The notes below the pieces were generated by a model. That model was not told the origin of the DNA, did not search any database, and was given only the letters and a program-made list of their open reading frames with translations. A program made the translations under genes and the position numbers. A stretch of DNA of 64,000 bases from Patescibacteria group bacterium. GTDB lineage: Bacteria; Patescibacteriota; Minisyncoccia; Phycocordibacterales; Phycocordibacteraceae. Shown in pieces: positions 38,897 through 49,266 of this stretch (the first letter of the stretch is position 1; every line of letters starts with the position of its first letter). The stretch lies in contig JACDGK010000001.1 of NCBI GenBank assembly GCA_013815345.1, forward strand, positions 3,076 through 67,075, written 5' to 3'.

Positions 38897-39085
38897 ACCC
38901 TAAAGAACAAGGCTGCACTGAACAATCGTAACGTAAAGGACATAACGAAAAGAGTTAAGTCTTATAACCCCTTTCCCGCTGACTAGTATAAAAAGAATCA
39001 CCTCACCGACTTCTCAAGAAAATCTAAAATCTTTATGAAATTTATTACTGCGATTCGTTGCAGTCACTTTCACAACAGTAGGCGA

Positions 39086-39886
39086 CTATTTTTTCGGAAA
39101 CCAGGGCAAGAACACACTTGTTTTTGCTTTATACGCTTCCCAGGCAGGATTACCAGCAAAGTGCGTTTCGAGCATTGGCACGCCCGATACTTTTAGAAGC
39201 AAAAAGGTAATGAGTATGGGCCCAATAAACGGCAGAAGGGCGAGCAGAACGTTTCCGGTCACAAGAAGCGTACCGAAAGAGATAAGCGCAATGCCCCACC
39301 ACATGAGCGATTCTCCGTAGTAATTTGGATGACGTGTGTAGTGCCATAGTCCTTTATCCATAATTTTGCCTTTGTTTGCAGGATCACGCATAAATCGCGT
39401 AAGCTGCCAGTCTCCAACAGTCTCAAAAAAGAAGCCTTTTATCCAAATAAGGAGTCCGAGGAGTGCGATCAGATCGGGAATACTTCCAAGAACGATAGGA
39501 CCACTGTAGAGATTCACCAGTGACACCGGCAATACCACGAGAAAAATCACGAGTCCTTGCAGCATATATACCTGCAAAAAACTACGCAGGACGAACGTTT
39601 TCCCCCACTCTTCACGCCAGGTACGATAACGAAAATCCTCCGGTTTGCCGCGGTTACGCAAGTAGATGCGTATCGAGAGCCGCGCAGCCCAAATAGTCGC
39701 CAACCCCGTTACGAGGAAGCCGTGAAATGATTGAGTGCCGAGGATGTAGGTAACGCAAGCCACGAGGACAAATCCCCAGCCATAGGCAATGTCAGCCGTA
39801 CCATTGTCTTTACGAATTAAAGAAATGATAAAGGCGAAGCACATGTACAGAAAAAGACAGCTAAGTGCAATCAGTAGAGGTATCAT
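39086..39886 (-). CDS. DUF1295 (steroid 5-alpha reductase-like) membrane protein
   Basis: [26 protein letters not shown]. Confidence 0.92.
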   Translation of the reverse strand: MIPLLIALSCLFLYMCFAFIISLIRKDNGTADIAYGWGFVLVACVTYILGTQSFHGFLVTGLATIWAARLSIRIYLRNRGKPEDFRYRTWREEWGKTFVLRSFLQVYMLQGLVIFLVVLPVSLVNLYSGPIVLGSIPDLIALLGLLIWIKGFFFETVGDWQLTRFMRDPANKGKIMDKGLWHYTRHPNYYGESLMWWGIALISFGTLLVTGNVLLALLPFIGPILITFLLLKVSGVPMLETHFAGNPAWEAYKAKTSVFLPWFPKK

Positions 39887-40149
39887 GGCGTAAGTATAGC
39901 AGCGAAAAGCTGAAGCTTTTCGCTTCTGGTTAACTGCTTCAGCGCGTACTCTCTCCTTTGCGCTTCTTCTTTTGTTTTAAAATTTTCTGAATATTTCAGT
40001 ACGACGGGCCGTCGGGGCTTCGTATATTTAGCACCTTTCTTTGAACCATTATGCTCCTCGAGACGCCGCACAATGTCAGTCGTCCACCCCGCATAGAGCG
40101 TTCCGTCGGCGCATTCAAGCAAATAGGCGATATATACGACGTGTGCCAT
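39883..40149 (-). CDS. GIY-YIG nuclease (UPF0213/YhbQ-like)
   Basis: [29 protein letters not shown]. Confidence 0.92.
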   Translation of the reverse strand: MAHVVYIAYLLECADGTLYAGWTTDIVRRLEEHNGSKKGAKYTKPRRPVVLKYSENFKTKEEAQRREYALKQLTRSEKLQLFAAILTP

Positions 40150-40154
40150 CAGTG

Positions 40155-41606
40155 TTATTTCTCAAGATCAAGGATATCATCGATACGAATCTGGAAGACA
40201 AATTCTGGCACGTGACTCACGAGTAGCATTGTTCCCTCATACTCATCAAGAGCTTTTGCGATAAGCGGAAGATGTCGGAAATTAATATGGTTTGTCGGCT
40301 CATCAAAGATTAAAAGCCCTGGTTTCAGCAACACCAACTGCGCAAATGCCACTAATCCCTTTTGGCCCTCAGACAGACTGCCTATTTTGCTCTTGATGAC
40401 TTCTCCACTAATGAGAAACCCTGCCGCCACACTGCGCATATGGTGCTCATCTGGTTTCTTCATAACCGACTGCAGCGACTCGTATACGGTATCTTCAAAA
40501 TTCAATGTCGAAAAATCTTGGCGATAATAACCAACCGTTACTCCGGCAGCAATCTTTGCCCCTTCCGTCGTACCGGTTGCTATCGCTTCGAGTAAGGTGC
40601 TTTTCCCTATGCCATTGGGGCCTTTCAACAAAAGATGGGTATTCTTGCGGAGCTCAAGTGCTACTTTGTGAACTTTCGGTTTATGCGCTTTGAGGGTCGT
40701 AAAAGACGTAATCGCGAGTACCGTACCTCCCAGATCAACTTGCATAGGAATCGTGAAGGGTCGTATAGTGCGGTCTTCTTTACGCACGTCCACTTTTTCT
40801 TCCTCCATTTCCTCGGCTTCGGTACGCATACGCTTGGCAACCAAACGCATCTTCCCTCCTTTTTGTGCAAAAAAGTTTGCCTTGTCTTTATTTTCTTGAA
40901 TCTTCTTCTCCAGTTGGGCGTTCTTTCGGTTTTCTTTCTCGATACGCGCAGTTATCTCTTTCAGCACGTCCATATAGGTACCGGAATATTGTTCGATTTT
41001 CTTAGTGAAAACATCGAGATAGAGCACGCCGTCAGTAAAAGCATTCAAGAACTTCGCATCGTGAGAAATCACGATGCAGGTCTTTTTGTAATTGATGAGG
41101 AAATCGGTGAGGTGCTCGATACCTGCCTTGTCGAGATTGTTGGTCGGTTCATCGAGCAAAAGGAGGTCCGGGTCCTGGATGAGTGCCGAGGCAAGAAGCA
41201 GTCGGGCCTGTTGGCCTCCGGAAAATGACTTGATAATTCGATCATGTGGCGCCGCGAGATGCACAACCTCGAGAACGGCATCGATTTTTGGATCGATATC
41301 ATATATCTTTTTCGTAAAAGATTTCTCGAAGAATTCACGTACAGTGAGCTGAAGATGTTCTCGAGGAATAACCTGTGCGGACGTTGCGATGGTCGTTCCT
41401 GCCATAATCTGTACTTTTCCTGACTCGGGTTTTGTTGTCCGCGTAATCAAGCTGAACAACGTGCTTTTCCCAGCACCGTTCTGTCCCATAATCGCCACCT
41501 TGGTGTTGCGGCGCACGGAAAAATCTACCGATGTAAGAATCGGTTTGTTGGGGCCATACTCAAAGCTCACTTCCTCGAAGCGAAGCGTGGATTCATCACG
41601 TGACAT
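40155..41606 (-). CDS. ABC-F family ATPase
   Basis: Two NBDs ([18 protein letters not shown]; [15 protein letters not shown]), no TMD. Confidence 0.93.
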   Translation of the reverse strand: MSRDESTLRFEEVSFEYGPNKPILTSVDFSVRRNTKVAIMGQNGAGKSTLFSLITRTTKPESGKVQIMAGTTIATSAQVIPREHLQLTVREFFEKSFTKKIYDIDPKIDAVLEVVHLAAPHDRIIKSFSGGQQARLLLASALIQDPDLLLLDEPTNNLDKAGIEHLTDFLINYKKTCIVISHDAKFLNAFTDGVLYLDVFTKKIEQYSGTYMDVLKEITARIEKENRKNAQLEKKIQENKDKANFFAQKGGKMRLVAKRMRTEAEEMEEEKVDVRKEDRTIRPFTIPMQVDLGGTVLAITSFTTLKAHKPKVHKVALELRKNTHLLLKGPNGIGKSTLLEAIATGTTEGAKIAAGVTVGYYRQDFSTLNFEDTVYESLQSVMKKPDEHHMRSVAAGFLISGEVIKSKIGSLSEGQKGLVAFAQLVLLKPGLLIFDEPTNHINFRHLPLIAKALDEYEGTMLLVSHVPEFVFQIRIDDILDLEK

Positions 41607-41674
41607 ATATAGAACCTACCGTACTTGCGGGTATATGTAAAAAAGAGAGGTATACGCACTCTCACCTCTCTGGT

Positions 41675-42249
41675 TTAAAATTCACTTACCGTAAAGGAGG
41701 TTGCCTTACTTGCCGCATAACCGTTACTCACTGAAACGGGATATGAACCTGGAGTTATGCGGGTTGCAGAAACACCGATGCAGTGATTCAACGAGTCACA
41801 AAGGAGACCACTCGGACCACTTGCTGGCACGGTAAAGGTAACGGTTATGCCATCAGGAGAAGGAACTGTTGCTATTACGTTGTCCGGAGTACCGTCCGGA
41901 CGATGTCGCCCGTTTGACGTCCCGAAGAATAGATAGTTTCGCACACGGTCGAAACCGGTTCCGATGATTGTGACCGACGATCCAACACTTGCCGTGGCGG
42001 GAGTGAATTTAGTAACGGTTGGCGTTACCTTTGGCGCTACTGGTTGAGGTGCCGGGCTCGCCGTCGTATTTGCGGGTGCTGTTGTCTTCGCATTTCCTGT
42101 TGACACATTCGATCCCGTTGACGTTGCGGTAGTCGATGCAACGAGACCAGGAAAGAGATTGTTCGTATCACTGCTAAGGAACTTCGAGCCCAGAGCAATC
42201 ACGAGAACAACGACGATAGCAATGCCTAAAGGATATAGAGGTTTTTCAT
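41675..42249 (-). CDS. Membrane-anchored IPT/TIG-domain protein with an apparent 5' frameshift
   Basis: PTVTKFTP...GSSVTIIGTGF; the ATG 42249 frame hits TAG at 42228, and the main ORF runs 42202-41675. Confidence 0.65.
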
Positions 42250-42293
42250 GGTGAAATTATATCATTCAATATTTTTCGAAAAGGCACTCTCCA

Positions 42294-43592
42294 CTAGTGA
42301 GGAAGAATGGTCGTATACAGGAGTGCAGCGCCGGAAAGACCCATCACGCCGAATGTTAGCCATACGAACGTTTGCGAAAGCATACCGCCCTTTTTATCGC
42401 CCAAGATCTTCACGTTCCCATTAATTTTCGCAATGAGAAAAAGAAGCGGCACAGCGGCAATACCATTGAATACTGCTGTAAAGACGAGCGCTTTGATCGG
42501 ATTGATACCAATGAAGTTGAGCAGGAGTCCTACGAGCGTCGAAAAAATAATGACACCATAAAAAGCCTTCGCTTCACTAAATTTTTTCGAGAGACCTTCT
42601 TTCCATTTAAATGCTTCAGATAGCGCATAAGCAGCGGAGCCCGCGAGCACGGGTATTCCCAACAGACCGAGTCCAACGATTCCTACTGCAAAGATATATT
42701 TAGAGATAAGCCCTGCATCTGGAAAAGACTGCACGAGAGGCTCGATCGCTTTCGCGGCGTCTGCAGCTGTCGCAATGGTGGTCACCCCATGACTAAAGAG
42801 CACCGTTGCGGTCGTAATGATGATGAACCATTGAGCGACTTCTGCTGCAAGCATACCGATCGTAGTATCAATACGGACATCCTTCAGATAATTACGAGGG
42901 AGAATCGGTTTTCCTTTTTTATTTACAGCAACTCCATCAGCGATCTCTTGTTCAACTTCTTGAGAAGCCTGCCAGAAAAACATGTAGGGTGAAATAGAGG
43001 TGCCAAAGACACCCGTAATGATAAAAAGAAAGGCGAAGGTGAATTCTATATGGGGAACGAACGTGGCGTACAGTATCTGCGACCATGGCTCATGAATGAT
43101 AAGTGCCGTCACCGGGTATGAAAGGAGCGCGAGCGCGAGCCATTTTAAAACCTGTGTGTAGTGCTTATAACTTACAAGAACTTCCAGAAGAACCACGACG
43201 AGTGCGGTGAGTACTGCAAGAAACCAGAATGGTACGTTTATCACGAGTCGACTCGCGGCCGCGACGGCGCCGATATCGGCGCCGATATTTATTGTATTTG
43301 CGACCACCACCAAAAAAACCATCGCAAAAAGAATCTTTCGGCTATAGTATTTTTTTATAACCCCCGCAAGACCCTGGCCGGTCACGGCGCCAATGCGCGC
43401 GCAGGCTTCTTGCACTGCAAGAAGCAGCGGTATCTGGTAGAGCGCCGTCCAGAGCATGCCATAGCCAAACTGTGCCCCCGTTTGCGAGTATGTGGCGATA
43501 CCTGAAGGATCATCATCTGCTGCGCCGGTAATAAGTCCTGGCCCGAGAATCTTCAGAAAACGTTTGAGTGGCGAGGGCTTTTTTTCTTCCAT
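42294..43592 (-). CDS. NRAMP-family divalent metal transporter
   Basis: LGPGLITGAADDDPSGIATYSQ, GTSISPY, many TMs. Confidence 0.93.
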   Translation of the reverse strand: MEEKKPSPLKRFLKILGPGLITGAADDDPSGIATYSQTGAQFGYGMLWTALYQIPLLLAVQEACARIGAVTGQGLAGVIKKYYSRKILFAMVFLVVVANTINIGADIGAVAAASRLVINVPFWFLAVLTALVVVLLEVLVSYKHYTQVLKWLALALLSYPVTALIIHEPWSQILYATFVPHIEFTFAFLFIITGVFGTSISPYMFFWQASQEVEQEIADGVAVNKKGKPILPRNYLKDVRIDTTIGMLAAEVAQWFIIITTATVLFSHGVTTIATAADAAKAIEPLVQSFPDAGLISKYIFAVGIVGLGLLGIPVLAGSAAYALSEAFKWKEGLSKKFSEAKAFYGVIIFSTLVGLLLNFIGINPIKALVFTAVFNGIAAVPLLFLIAKINGNVKILGDKKGGMLSQTFVWLTFGVMGLSGAALLYTTILPH

Positions 43593-43607
43593 ATAACGTG
43601 CCGAGAA

Positions 43608-44129
43608 TTATGGCTGGCTTTCTTTCTGAAGTGCTTCATGTTTCAGATTTTCCGCTTTCCAACCAATCATGTTTGCCACAATCTGAACAAACGACGACAC
43701 TCCGGCCACCGCAAGAAAGAGAATGATGAACCAACTCCACGTAAATTCAAAGTAAGAAAAAGTCACAATGAGTGCCGACCACATACCGATGCACCAGGGA
43801 CAATTTACTAATTCATGCAGTGTCCCACGAAGTCCATGAGTATAAGGGATAATTTCAACCCAACTCTTTCCTTCTCGGCTAACTTCTTTTTTCTGTACAA
43901 ACCACTCACGAAAGAACCGAGTTACTTTGTCATACACGACAAGACGGGTGATACGAAACGAAGCTAAAATAAGCAGTAATACGTCGAAGAATGAAATCGA
44001 ACTCGGCAAGCGTTCGCGGGTAATGTAAAGAAATGCAAGAGAACAAAAAAGCACGAGGACGAAAAAAATAGAAAAAACAAAATTCCAGAAATTTTGGTCT
44101 TCTTTCGGACGCGAGCGGGTTGGTGTCAT
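43608..44129 (-). CDS. DUF1360-like membrane protein
   Basis: LASFRITRLVVYDKV...R, ELVNCPWCIGMW. Confidence 0.85.
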   Translation of the reverse strand: MTPTRSRPKEDQNFWNFVFSIFFVLVLFCSLAFLYITRERLPSSISFFDVLLLILASFRITRLVVYDKVTRFFREWFVQKKEVSREGKSWVEIIPYTHGLRGTLHELVNCPWCIGMWSALIVTFSYFEFTWSWFIILFLAVAGVSSFVQIVANMIGWKAENLKHEALQKESQP

Positions 44130-44138
44130 AGATACGAA

Positions 44139-44423
44139 TTATATATTTGGGAAGATTCTCTTTCTTTTGGTCGTATAGTACCACCATGGTCGTGCCGAGG
44201 CACCATTCATAAAGTCGACCGCTGCCATAAAAGTATCGAGTACGCACGGGTCCTGCCGTACATGGGTCATGGTGCAAAGTTTCTTATATAACGTCAGTGG
44301 ATCTTTCTCGGTGAGCTCTTGCGAATTTTTAAGACCAAGCCGTTTAAAATCATTGGCCATGCTTGGCCCGATGTTAGGGATATCAACAAATCGAGCAACG
44401 TCTTTTGCCTTCGCTGCTTTCAT
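44139..44423 (-). CDS. Helix-hairpin-helix Cdd1/mitomycin-resistance-like protein
   Basis: IPNIGP, DP..LY, DPCVLDTF, WW.YT. Confidence 0.85.
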   Translation of the reverse strand: MKAAKAKDVARFVDIPNIGPSMANDFKRLGLKNSQELTEKDPLTLYKKLCTMTHVRQDPCVLDTFMAAVDFMNGASARPWWYYTTKRKRIFPNI

Positions 44424-45035
44424 TTATTGAAGTGGATGTTCCTTGAGCAGTTGCGCATACGAAACGAGGTTTTTCGCTGTCATCTGCGCCATTTTATCGA
44501 CCGCGGGATTTTTGCGACGTCTTTCGCTGTCGGTCTTTGGATCCATCCCGACTTCCCCCACCCAATATGTACAGCACTGCGGCGGCATAGTGAAGTTCAA
44601 AAATGACAATACCTCCATAATCGAAGCCATGACCGCCTGTGCGCCGTCTTCGCTTCCTGTAATGACAATACCGGCCACTTTATTTGTGATCGCAGGATGA
44701 CCAGCGCTCGCTTCTTCATCAAATGCATCCATGCGTTCGATGATACGTTGCATGAGACTCGAGCGGCCTCCCCACCATATTGGTGTCGCAAAAATAACCA
44801 CGTCAGAGGCCTTAATGTGCTCAGCAATACTCGGCCACTCGTCGTCCTCGCTTTCCCTATATTTGAGTCCGACGGGGATGTTTTTGTCTGACAACCGAAC
44901 CTGTGTGATGTGTATCTCACCGTGCTCTTTCATGTGGTCAAGGACGAGATTGGTAACCTCTTCGGTGCTTGATACTTCCGGACCATGTTTGAGAGAAGCA
45001 TTGAGCACAAGCACATTCAAGGGTTCCGTATCCAT
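44424..45035 (-). CDS. Flavodoxin/NAD(P)H-dependent FMN reductase family protein
   Basis: NASLK, FATPIWWG, KVAG..ITGSEDG. Confidence 0.88.
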   Translation of the reverse strand: MDTEPLNVLVLNASLKHGPEVSSTEEVTNLVLDHMKEHGEIHITQVRLSDKNIPVGLKYRESEDDEWPSIAEHIKASDVVIFATPIWWGGRSSLMQRIIERMDAFDEEASAGHPAITNKVAGIVITGSEDGAQAVMASIMEVLSFLNFTMPPQCCTYWVGEVGMDPKTDSERRRKNPAVDKMAQMTAKNLVSYAQLLKEHPLQ

Positions 45036-45045
45036 ACGTACTGAT

Positions 45046-46176
45046 TTATTGATATTGAATAAACAGTGGCTGCGGCGATAATTTCAAGACCTCAGCAGGA
45101 GTGAGCATTCGAGTGCTTGGCGGCTTCAGATCGTTCACATAAAACAGCTTGAATCCCGCAAACTGAATCGGTTCATTATGTACGAATTGGGTAAACGTAT
45201 TTATTTTTTTTGCCGGTGATCCCCACCCATCCATATCCATGACAATCTGCACTTCCGGCAACGGGTTTATATTCTGATATCCCGTAACCATATGTTCGGT
45301 GAAGCGATGGACCACGAGAATTTTCGGAGGAAGATTATTTTCCTGCACGAGTTTTGCAAGATAATTCGCAGCAAAGTTTATATCACTAGAGCTCATGGTA
45401 CCGATAACAGTGCCAGGCTTCGCTCCCGTCTTCATATCAAATTCCGGATCAAGAGCAAGCTCCACATTTGGCAGCTTCAAATACGGCTCGAGTAACGGCA
45501 CTTCGGTCTGTACAGAGCTGAGTCCTACCTGAATATCAAGAATAACGATGCCGTGCACCTGTGCGGCAAGATCAAGTGCTTCTTGAATCTGACTTGCGGG
45601 CATACGGAATCGATATTTTCCATCTGCACCCGGACTTCCCTGCGCGGTGATGGCGATATAGTCGATTGCAGGAATGACCGGTGTACTTGGATCGGCTGCT
45701 TGCCATTTTGCTGCCGCTGCTTGCAGCATAGGAATCATTTGTGCCGGAGGATATTTACCGAGCACCCCCATTTTAGTTGAGTAAAAGTTTCCATAGTATG
45801 CGACGATACGGTGAAATGGCAAAAGTGCGCCGGCGAGCGGATATGGCGCTTTTGTAGGCCACAGTCGTGCAGTGGTAGAAGAAGTTGTCGAAGCATAGTT
45901 TGCGAGCGAAAGCATTTTCGCATCGTAGGCAACAGTATCAAGGGGCATGACCACGGGTACGGTGGCCGTCGTGCCTTCCGTAGGAGTAGTGCTCGCGGTC
46001 GCTGACTTCGCTTGAAAATCAGCACGACTGTACTGAACGGAAAAAATATTAGAAAAACTAAGGGTGCCGAGAAGAATCAGGTATACGCTAAACGCGCAGG
46101 CACCGCTCACGAAGAGCGAACGCTGCTGGTCGTTATCTTGTTTTTTCGATGGATGCTTTGTGGAATTTTTTGACAT
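45046..46176 (-). CDS. Membrane-anchored hypothetical protein (glycosidase-like barrel suspected)
   Basis: N-terminal TM; RIVAYYG, LDIQVG, LALDPEF, HRF, DGWG motifs. Confidence 0.7.
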   Translation of the reverse strand: MSKNSTKHPSKKQDNDQQRSLFVSGACAFSVYLILLGTLSFSNIFSVQYSRADFQAKSATASTTPTEGTTATVPVVMPLDTVAYDAKMLSLANYASTTSSTTARLWPTKAPYPLAGALLPFHRIVAYYGNFYSTKMGVLGKYPPAQMIPMLQAAAAKWQAADPSTPVIPAIDYIAITAQGSPGADGKYRFRMPASQIQEALDLAAQVHGIVILDIQVGLSSVQTEVPLLEPYLKLPNVELALDPEFDMKTGAKPGTVIGTMSSSDINFAANYLAKLVQENNLPPKILVVHRFTEHMVTGYQNINPLPEVQIVMDMDGWGSPAKKINTFTQFVHNEPIQFAGFKLFYVNDLKPPSTRMLTPAEVLKLSPQPLFIQYQ

Positions 46177-46224
46177 GAACATTCCTCGCTCCGAGGTACA
46201 GTCAAGTCTACCACAAGGGTAGAA

Positions 46225-46268
46225 GGAGATAGCAAAAAGCACCTATGTAGGTGCTTTTTGCTATCTCC
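46225..46268. terminator. Long terminator hairpin
   Basis: Perfect 20-bp inverted repeat GGAGATAGCAAAAAGCACCT-ATGT-AGGTGCTTTTTGCTATCTCC. Confidence 0.75.
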
Positions 46269-46288
46269 GAAGCTAGGGCGACTCTTAA

Positions 46289-47167
46289 TTAGCGAGCCTT
46301 AACAGAAGCGGTAGATGAAGCAGTAATTCCAAAGCTTTTTAGCCCATTGACGATTGTTTGTGCGTCTGCACGTGCGGCCTTAAGGTCGGTCTCTGCAGCT
46401 GCAGTATCAGCACGCCCTTTTTCAAGTGCCGCTTTGTTAGAAGCGATCACCGTTGCGTTTCCTTGGTCAGGAACGAGGCCCGAAACACCCGCGGTTACCG
46501 CGGCAGAATGGATTCCTGCAGAAGTTACTTTGGCGTTCATGTCACTAAGCGCTGCTTGCAGCGCGACGACGTTATGTCCGGCATTTCCTGCAGCGGTTAT
46601 ACGCGTTTGAAGTGCGGTGCTCAGATTGTTCATCATGCCGTCGATGGTCACGACGCGATCAGCAGCCGCAAGTTCATATCCTTTAGGAATGACAACTAGG
46701 TAAACACGGAATGAGCCGAATATAGATTTGTAGTCGGTCGCAAGAATCGATGCGTCGGTTTCTCCATCAATTTTTGTCTTGAGAGCAGTCAAGCCATTGA
46801 TGTTAGTGGTGACGTTTGCTTGAAACCCTGCTATCTGGGTTGCGGAGAGATGCTGGAGAGTTGCAAAACGTGCGGAGACTGACTGAAGAGAGGTGAGACG
46901 TTGATTGATTGCCGCATCACTTCTCAGTTTAATATCAGCAGGACGTGTCGTGCTGCTTACCGTAACAGCATTGACGTTCATATTGGCATGTATGCCATTT
47001 CCCGTGTTCGCCTCAATGTGAACGGCATTCAAGATATTACTTGAAGTGTGAGTTGAAATGTCGATGTTTTGTGCATGCGCATTTGCAGAGAGTCCAAAGA
47101 ATGCGACCAGCGCTACAAGTGACAGTGCTGAGGTTTTAAAGTGTGTATGTATCATGAATGTTTTCAT
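46289..47167 (-). CDS. Secreted alanine-rich coiled-coil protein
   Basis: Signal peptide ending in AHA; long amphipathic helices. Confidence 0.75.
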   Translation of the reverse strand: MKTFMIHTHFKTSALSLVALVAFFGLSANAHAQNIDISTHTSSNILNAVHIEANTGNGIHANMNVNAVTVSSTTRPADIKLRSDAAINQRLTSLQSVSARFATLQHLSATQIAGFQANVTTNINGLTALKTKIDGETDASILATDYKSIFGSFRVYLVVIPKGYELAAADRVVTIDGMMNNLSTALQTRITAAGNAGHNVVALQAALSDMNAKVTSAGIHSAAVTAGVSGLVPDQGNATVIASNKAALEKGRADTAAAETDLKAARADAQTIVNGLKSFGITASSTASVKAR

Positions 47168-47211
47168 TAGTTGATAACCTGTACGTATATAACGTACGAA
47201 GAGCTCCATTC

Positions 47212-47538
47212 TTACTGACTCTCTATGGCGCTATTTGCACTCGTTGAATCAGATTTAAGTCCACCCATTTGTGCATCGATGTTAGCGAGGTCTTGCTGAA
47301 GAGCTGCATCTGAAGTGTTCGTTGCAGAAACATTCGTATTGCCGCCTCCTTGAGAAACGGAAGCGTTTTGCGCCGCCTGTGTGCGAGTTGCGTTCTGAAC
47401 CGCTGCCTCATTCTGATCTGAAGAAAAAGTAGTAGAGGAAAGCACCGAGCCAGACTGCATCCCAAAGTACCACCACGAACCAGCTCCTAGTACTACCACG
47501 CCGAATACCACCAGCAATATCTTTAGGTTTTGTGTCAT
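47212..47538 (-). CDS. Single-TM hypothetical protein
   Basis: N-terminal TM, S/Q-rich region, SD.AL..DL..ID motif. Confidence 0.7.
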   Translation of the reverse strand: MTQNLKILLVVFGVVVLGAGSWWYFGMQSGSVLSSTTFSSDQNEAAVQNATRTQAAQNASVSQGGGNTNVSATNTSDAALQQDLANIDAQMGGLKSDSTSANSAIESQ

Positions 47539-47630
47539 GTGTTAATTAAAATAAGCACTAGTAATCTCTCAGAGAGAGTATAGAACATAAAAGTATGACG
47601 TTTGAGTCGGGTGTTGATTACCAATCCTCG

Positions 47631-48338
47631 TTAAAAACTCGCGAGCTGGATCGCTCCATATATCACTCCTGCTCCGAGGACGGTCATTATGCTTGTTAAA
47701 AAACGAGGATGTCTATGATGGCTATCGGGAAGAAGCTCACTTGCACCGATGTAAAGGAAAAATCCAGAAAATAGAGAGAGGATAATCGACAAAGATTGCT
47801 CAGGAATTGCAAAGAGTAGCGATACGCCGATACCAACCAAAGGAGCGAGGGCATCTGCAAAAAGCCATAGTCGGGCAACCTTCGGTTTTCCTGTTCCGAC
47901 AAGACTGAGATTTACGGTGTTTATGCCATCGGAAAAATCATGCACAAGAACGGCAACCGCTACGATTGCACCGAGTGCCGGAGAAACTTGAAAAGCAAGA
48001 CCAATACCAAGTCCGTCGAGAAAACTGTGTATCGTGAGACTGCCTGCCCCCACATGACCGCGATGACCGCTTTCTTTACTCGTGACGAGGGGAATCGTAC
48101 GATCGAGGATCATGTATGCCATAAAACCGATAGCGATGAACGTTGTGAGAGTTCCCACGGTATGAAATTTCTGTCCGATATCGATGGCTTCGGGAAACAA
48201 ATCGAACAATGCTACGCCAATAACGGCACCAGCACTGAATCCGAGAATAAGGTGTATCTGGTTCTTGAAACGAAGTGCAAGTGAGCCACCCACGAATGTA
48301 GAGATGCCAGTGGCAATGCCAATAAGTAAAAGGGTCAT
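47631..48338 (-). CDS. ZIP family metal transporter
   Basis: HSFLDG, HDFSDG, ELLP. Confidence 0.92.
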   Translation of the reverse strand: MTLLLIGIATGISTFVGGSLALRFKNQIHLILGFSAGAVIGVALFDLFPEAIDIGQKFHTVGTLTTFIAIGFMAYMILDRTIPLVTSKESGHRGHVGAGSLTIHSFLDGLGIGLAFQVSPALGAIVAVAVLVHDFSDGINTVNLSLVGTGKPKVARLWLFADALAPLVGIGVSLLFAIPEQSLSIILSLFSGFFLYIGASELLPDSHHRHPRFLTSIMTVLGAGVIYGAIQLASF

Positions 48339-48790
48339 ATGTCTTTATTAGTATACGATAATGCGAGCTTGTCCTTATACAGATTTAAAAAGTTGGGAGT
48401 CTGTGAATGAAGTGGTGTAGGAAGGGCGTCAAGCGTAAACCATCCGATTTCGTCAAATTTGTGCGGTTCTCCATTTTTTGTTTTTGAGCGATCTACAAGA
48501 ACCTTAAAATCAAGAGCAATCCAGTGCGTTTTCTTTCCGTTATTCTCACGATGAACGTCTCGATAGCCTAGGAACTCATACTCAATCACGTCTGTACAGT
48601 ATTCCTCAGCGATCTCCTTGCGAAGAGTGTCTTCAACGGTGTCTCCGAACTCAAGTCCACCGCCGCCCTGGTCCCAGGTTCCTTGTTCATCTCTGCACTG
48701 CATTCCCCTCTTATTAAAGAGGAAGTTACCTTTTCCATCGTGACACGCGTAGACAATAGTTACCCCCGTATAATCTTCTCCTTTTTTCAT
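48335..48790 (-). CDS. NUDIX hydrolase
   Basis: GGGLEFGDTVEDTLRKEIAEE, NGEPHK. Confidence 0.9.
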   Translation of the reverse strand: MKKGEDYTGVTIVYACHDGKGNFLFNKRGMQCRDEQGTWDQGGGGLEFGDTVEDTLRKEIAEEYCTDVIEYEFLGYRDVHRENNGKKTHWIALDFKVLVDRSKTKNGEPHKFDEIGWFTLDALPTPLHSQTPNFLNLYKDKLALSYTNKDI

Positions 48791-48828
48791 GGATAATCAA
48801 AGTATATAACTTCTTTGTGTAATAATGT

Positions 48829-49254
48829 TCATGGTTTTTGAAGGGATTCAAACACTTTTCGTGTAGTTTGAATGAGGGGAAGTTTGGAATACTCATCAAA
48901 AGATACCCCTTGGAAGTCGTCAAAATCTTCTCCGAGTGTAAACTCTGATCCTGCTGGCTCACACATAAAAAAGATGCCGATGATCTGAATCTGTTCACCT
49001 TTCACCGTTGGCCACCATTCGTCAACAAAAAATGGCTTACCAATTTTCACACTCATGCCAACCTCTTCTCTCACCTCTCTTTCAATCGCTTCTGTAATAG
49101 ATTCGCCAATTTTTACCTTACCACCAGGAAAATCGTATTTACCGTGATTGGTGCCTCCCTCATATTTGTTTGACTCACGAATGATTAAAATCTTTTCGTC
49201 TTTTACAATAACTGACCGCACGGCGAGAAATTGTTTTTGAATCACCTTTTCCAT
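48829..49254 (-). CDS. NUDIX hydrolase (MutT-like)
   Basis: PGGKVKIGESITEAIEREVREEVG. Confidence 0.92.
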   Translation of the reverse strand: MEKVIQKQFLAVRSVIVKDEKILIIRESNKYEGGTNHGKYDFPGGKVKIGESITEAIEREVREEVGMSVKIGKPFFVDEWWPTVKGEQIQIIGIFFMCEPAGSEFTLGEDFDDFQGVSFDEYSKLPLIQTTRKVFESLQKP

Positions 49255-49266
49255 ACTGAGAGTGTA

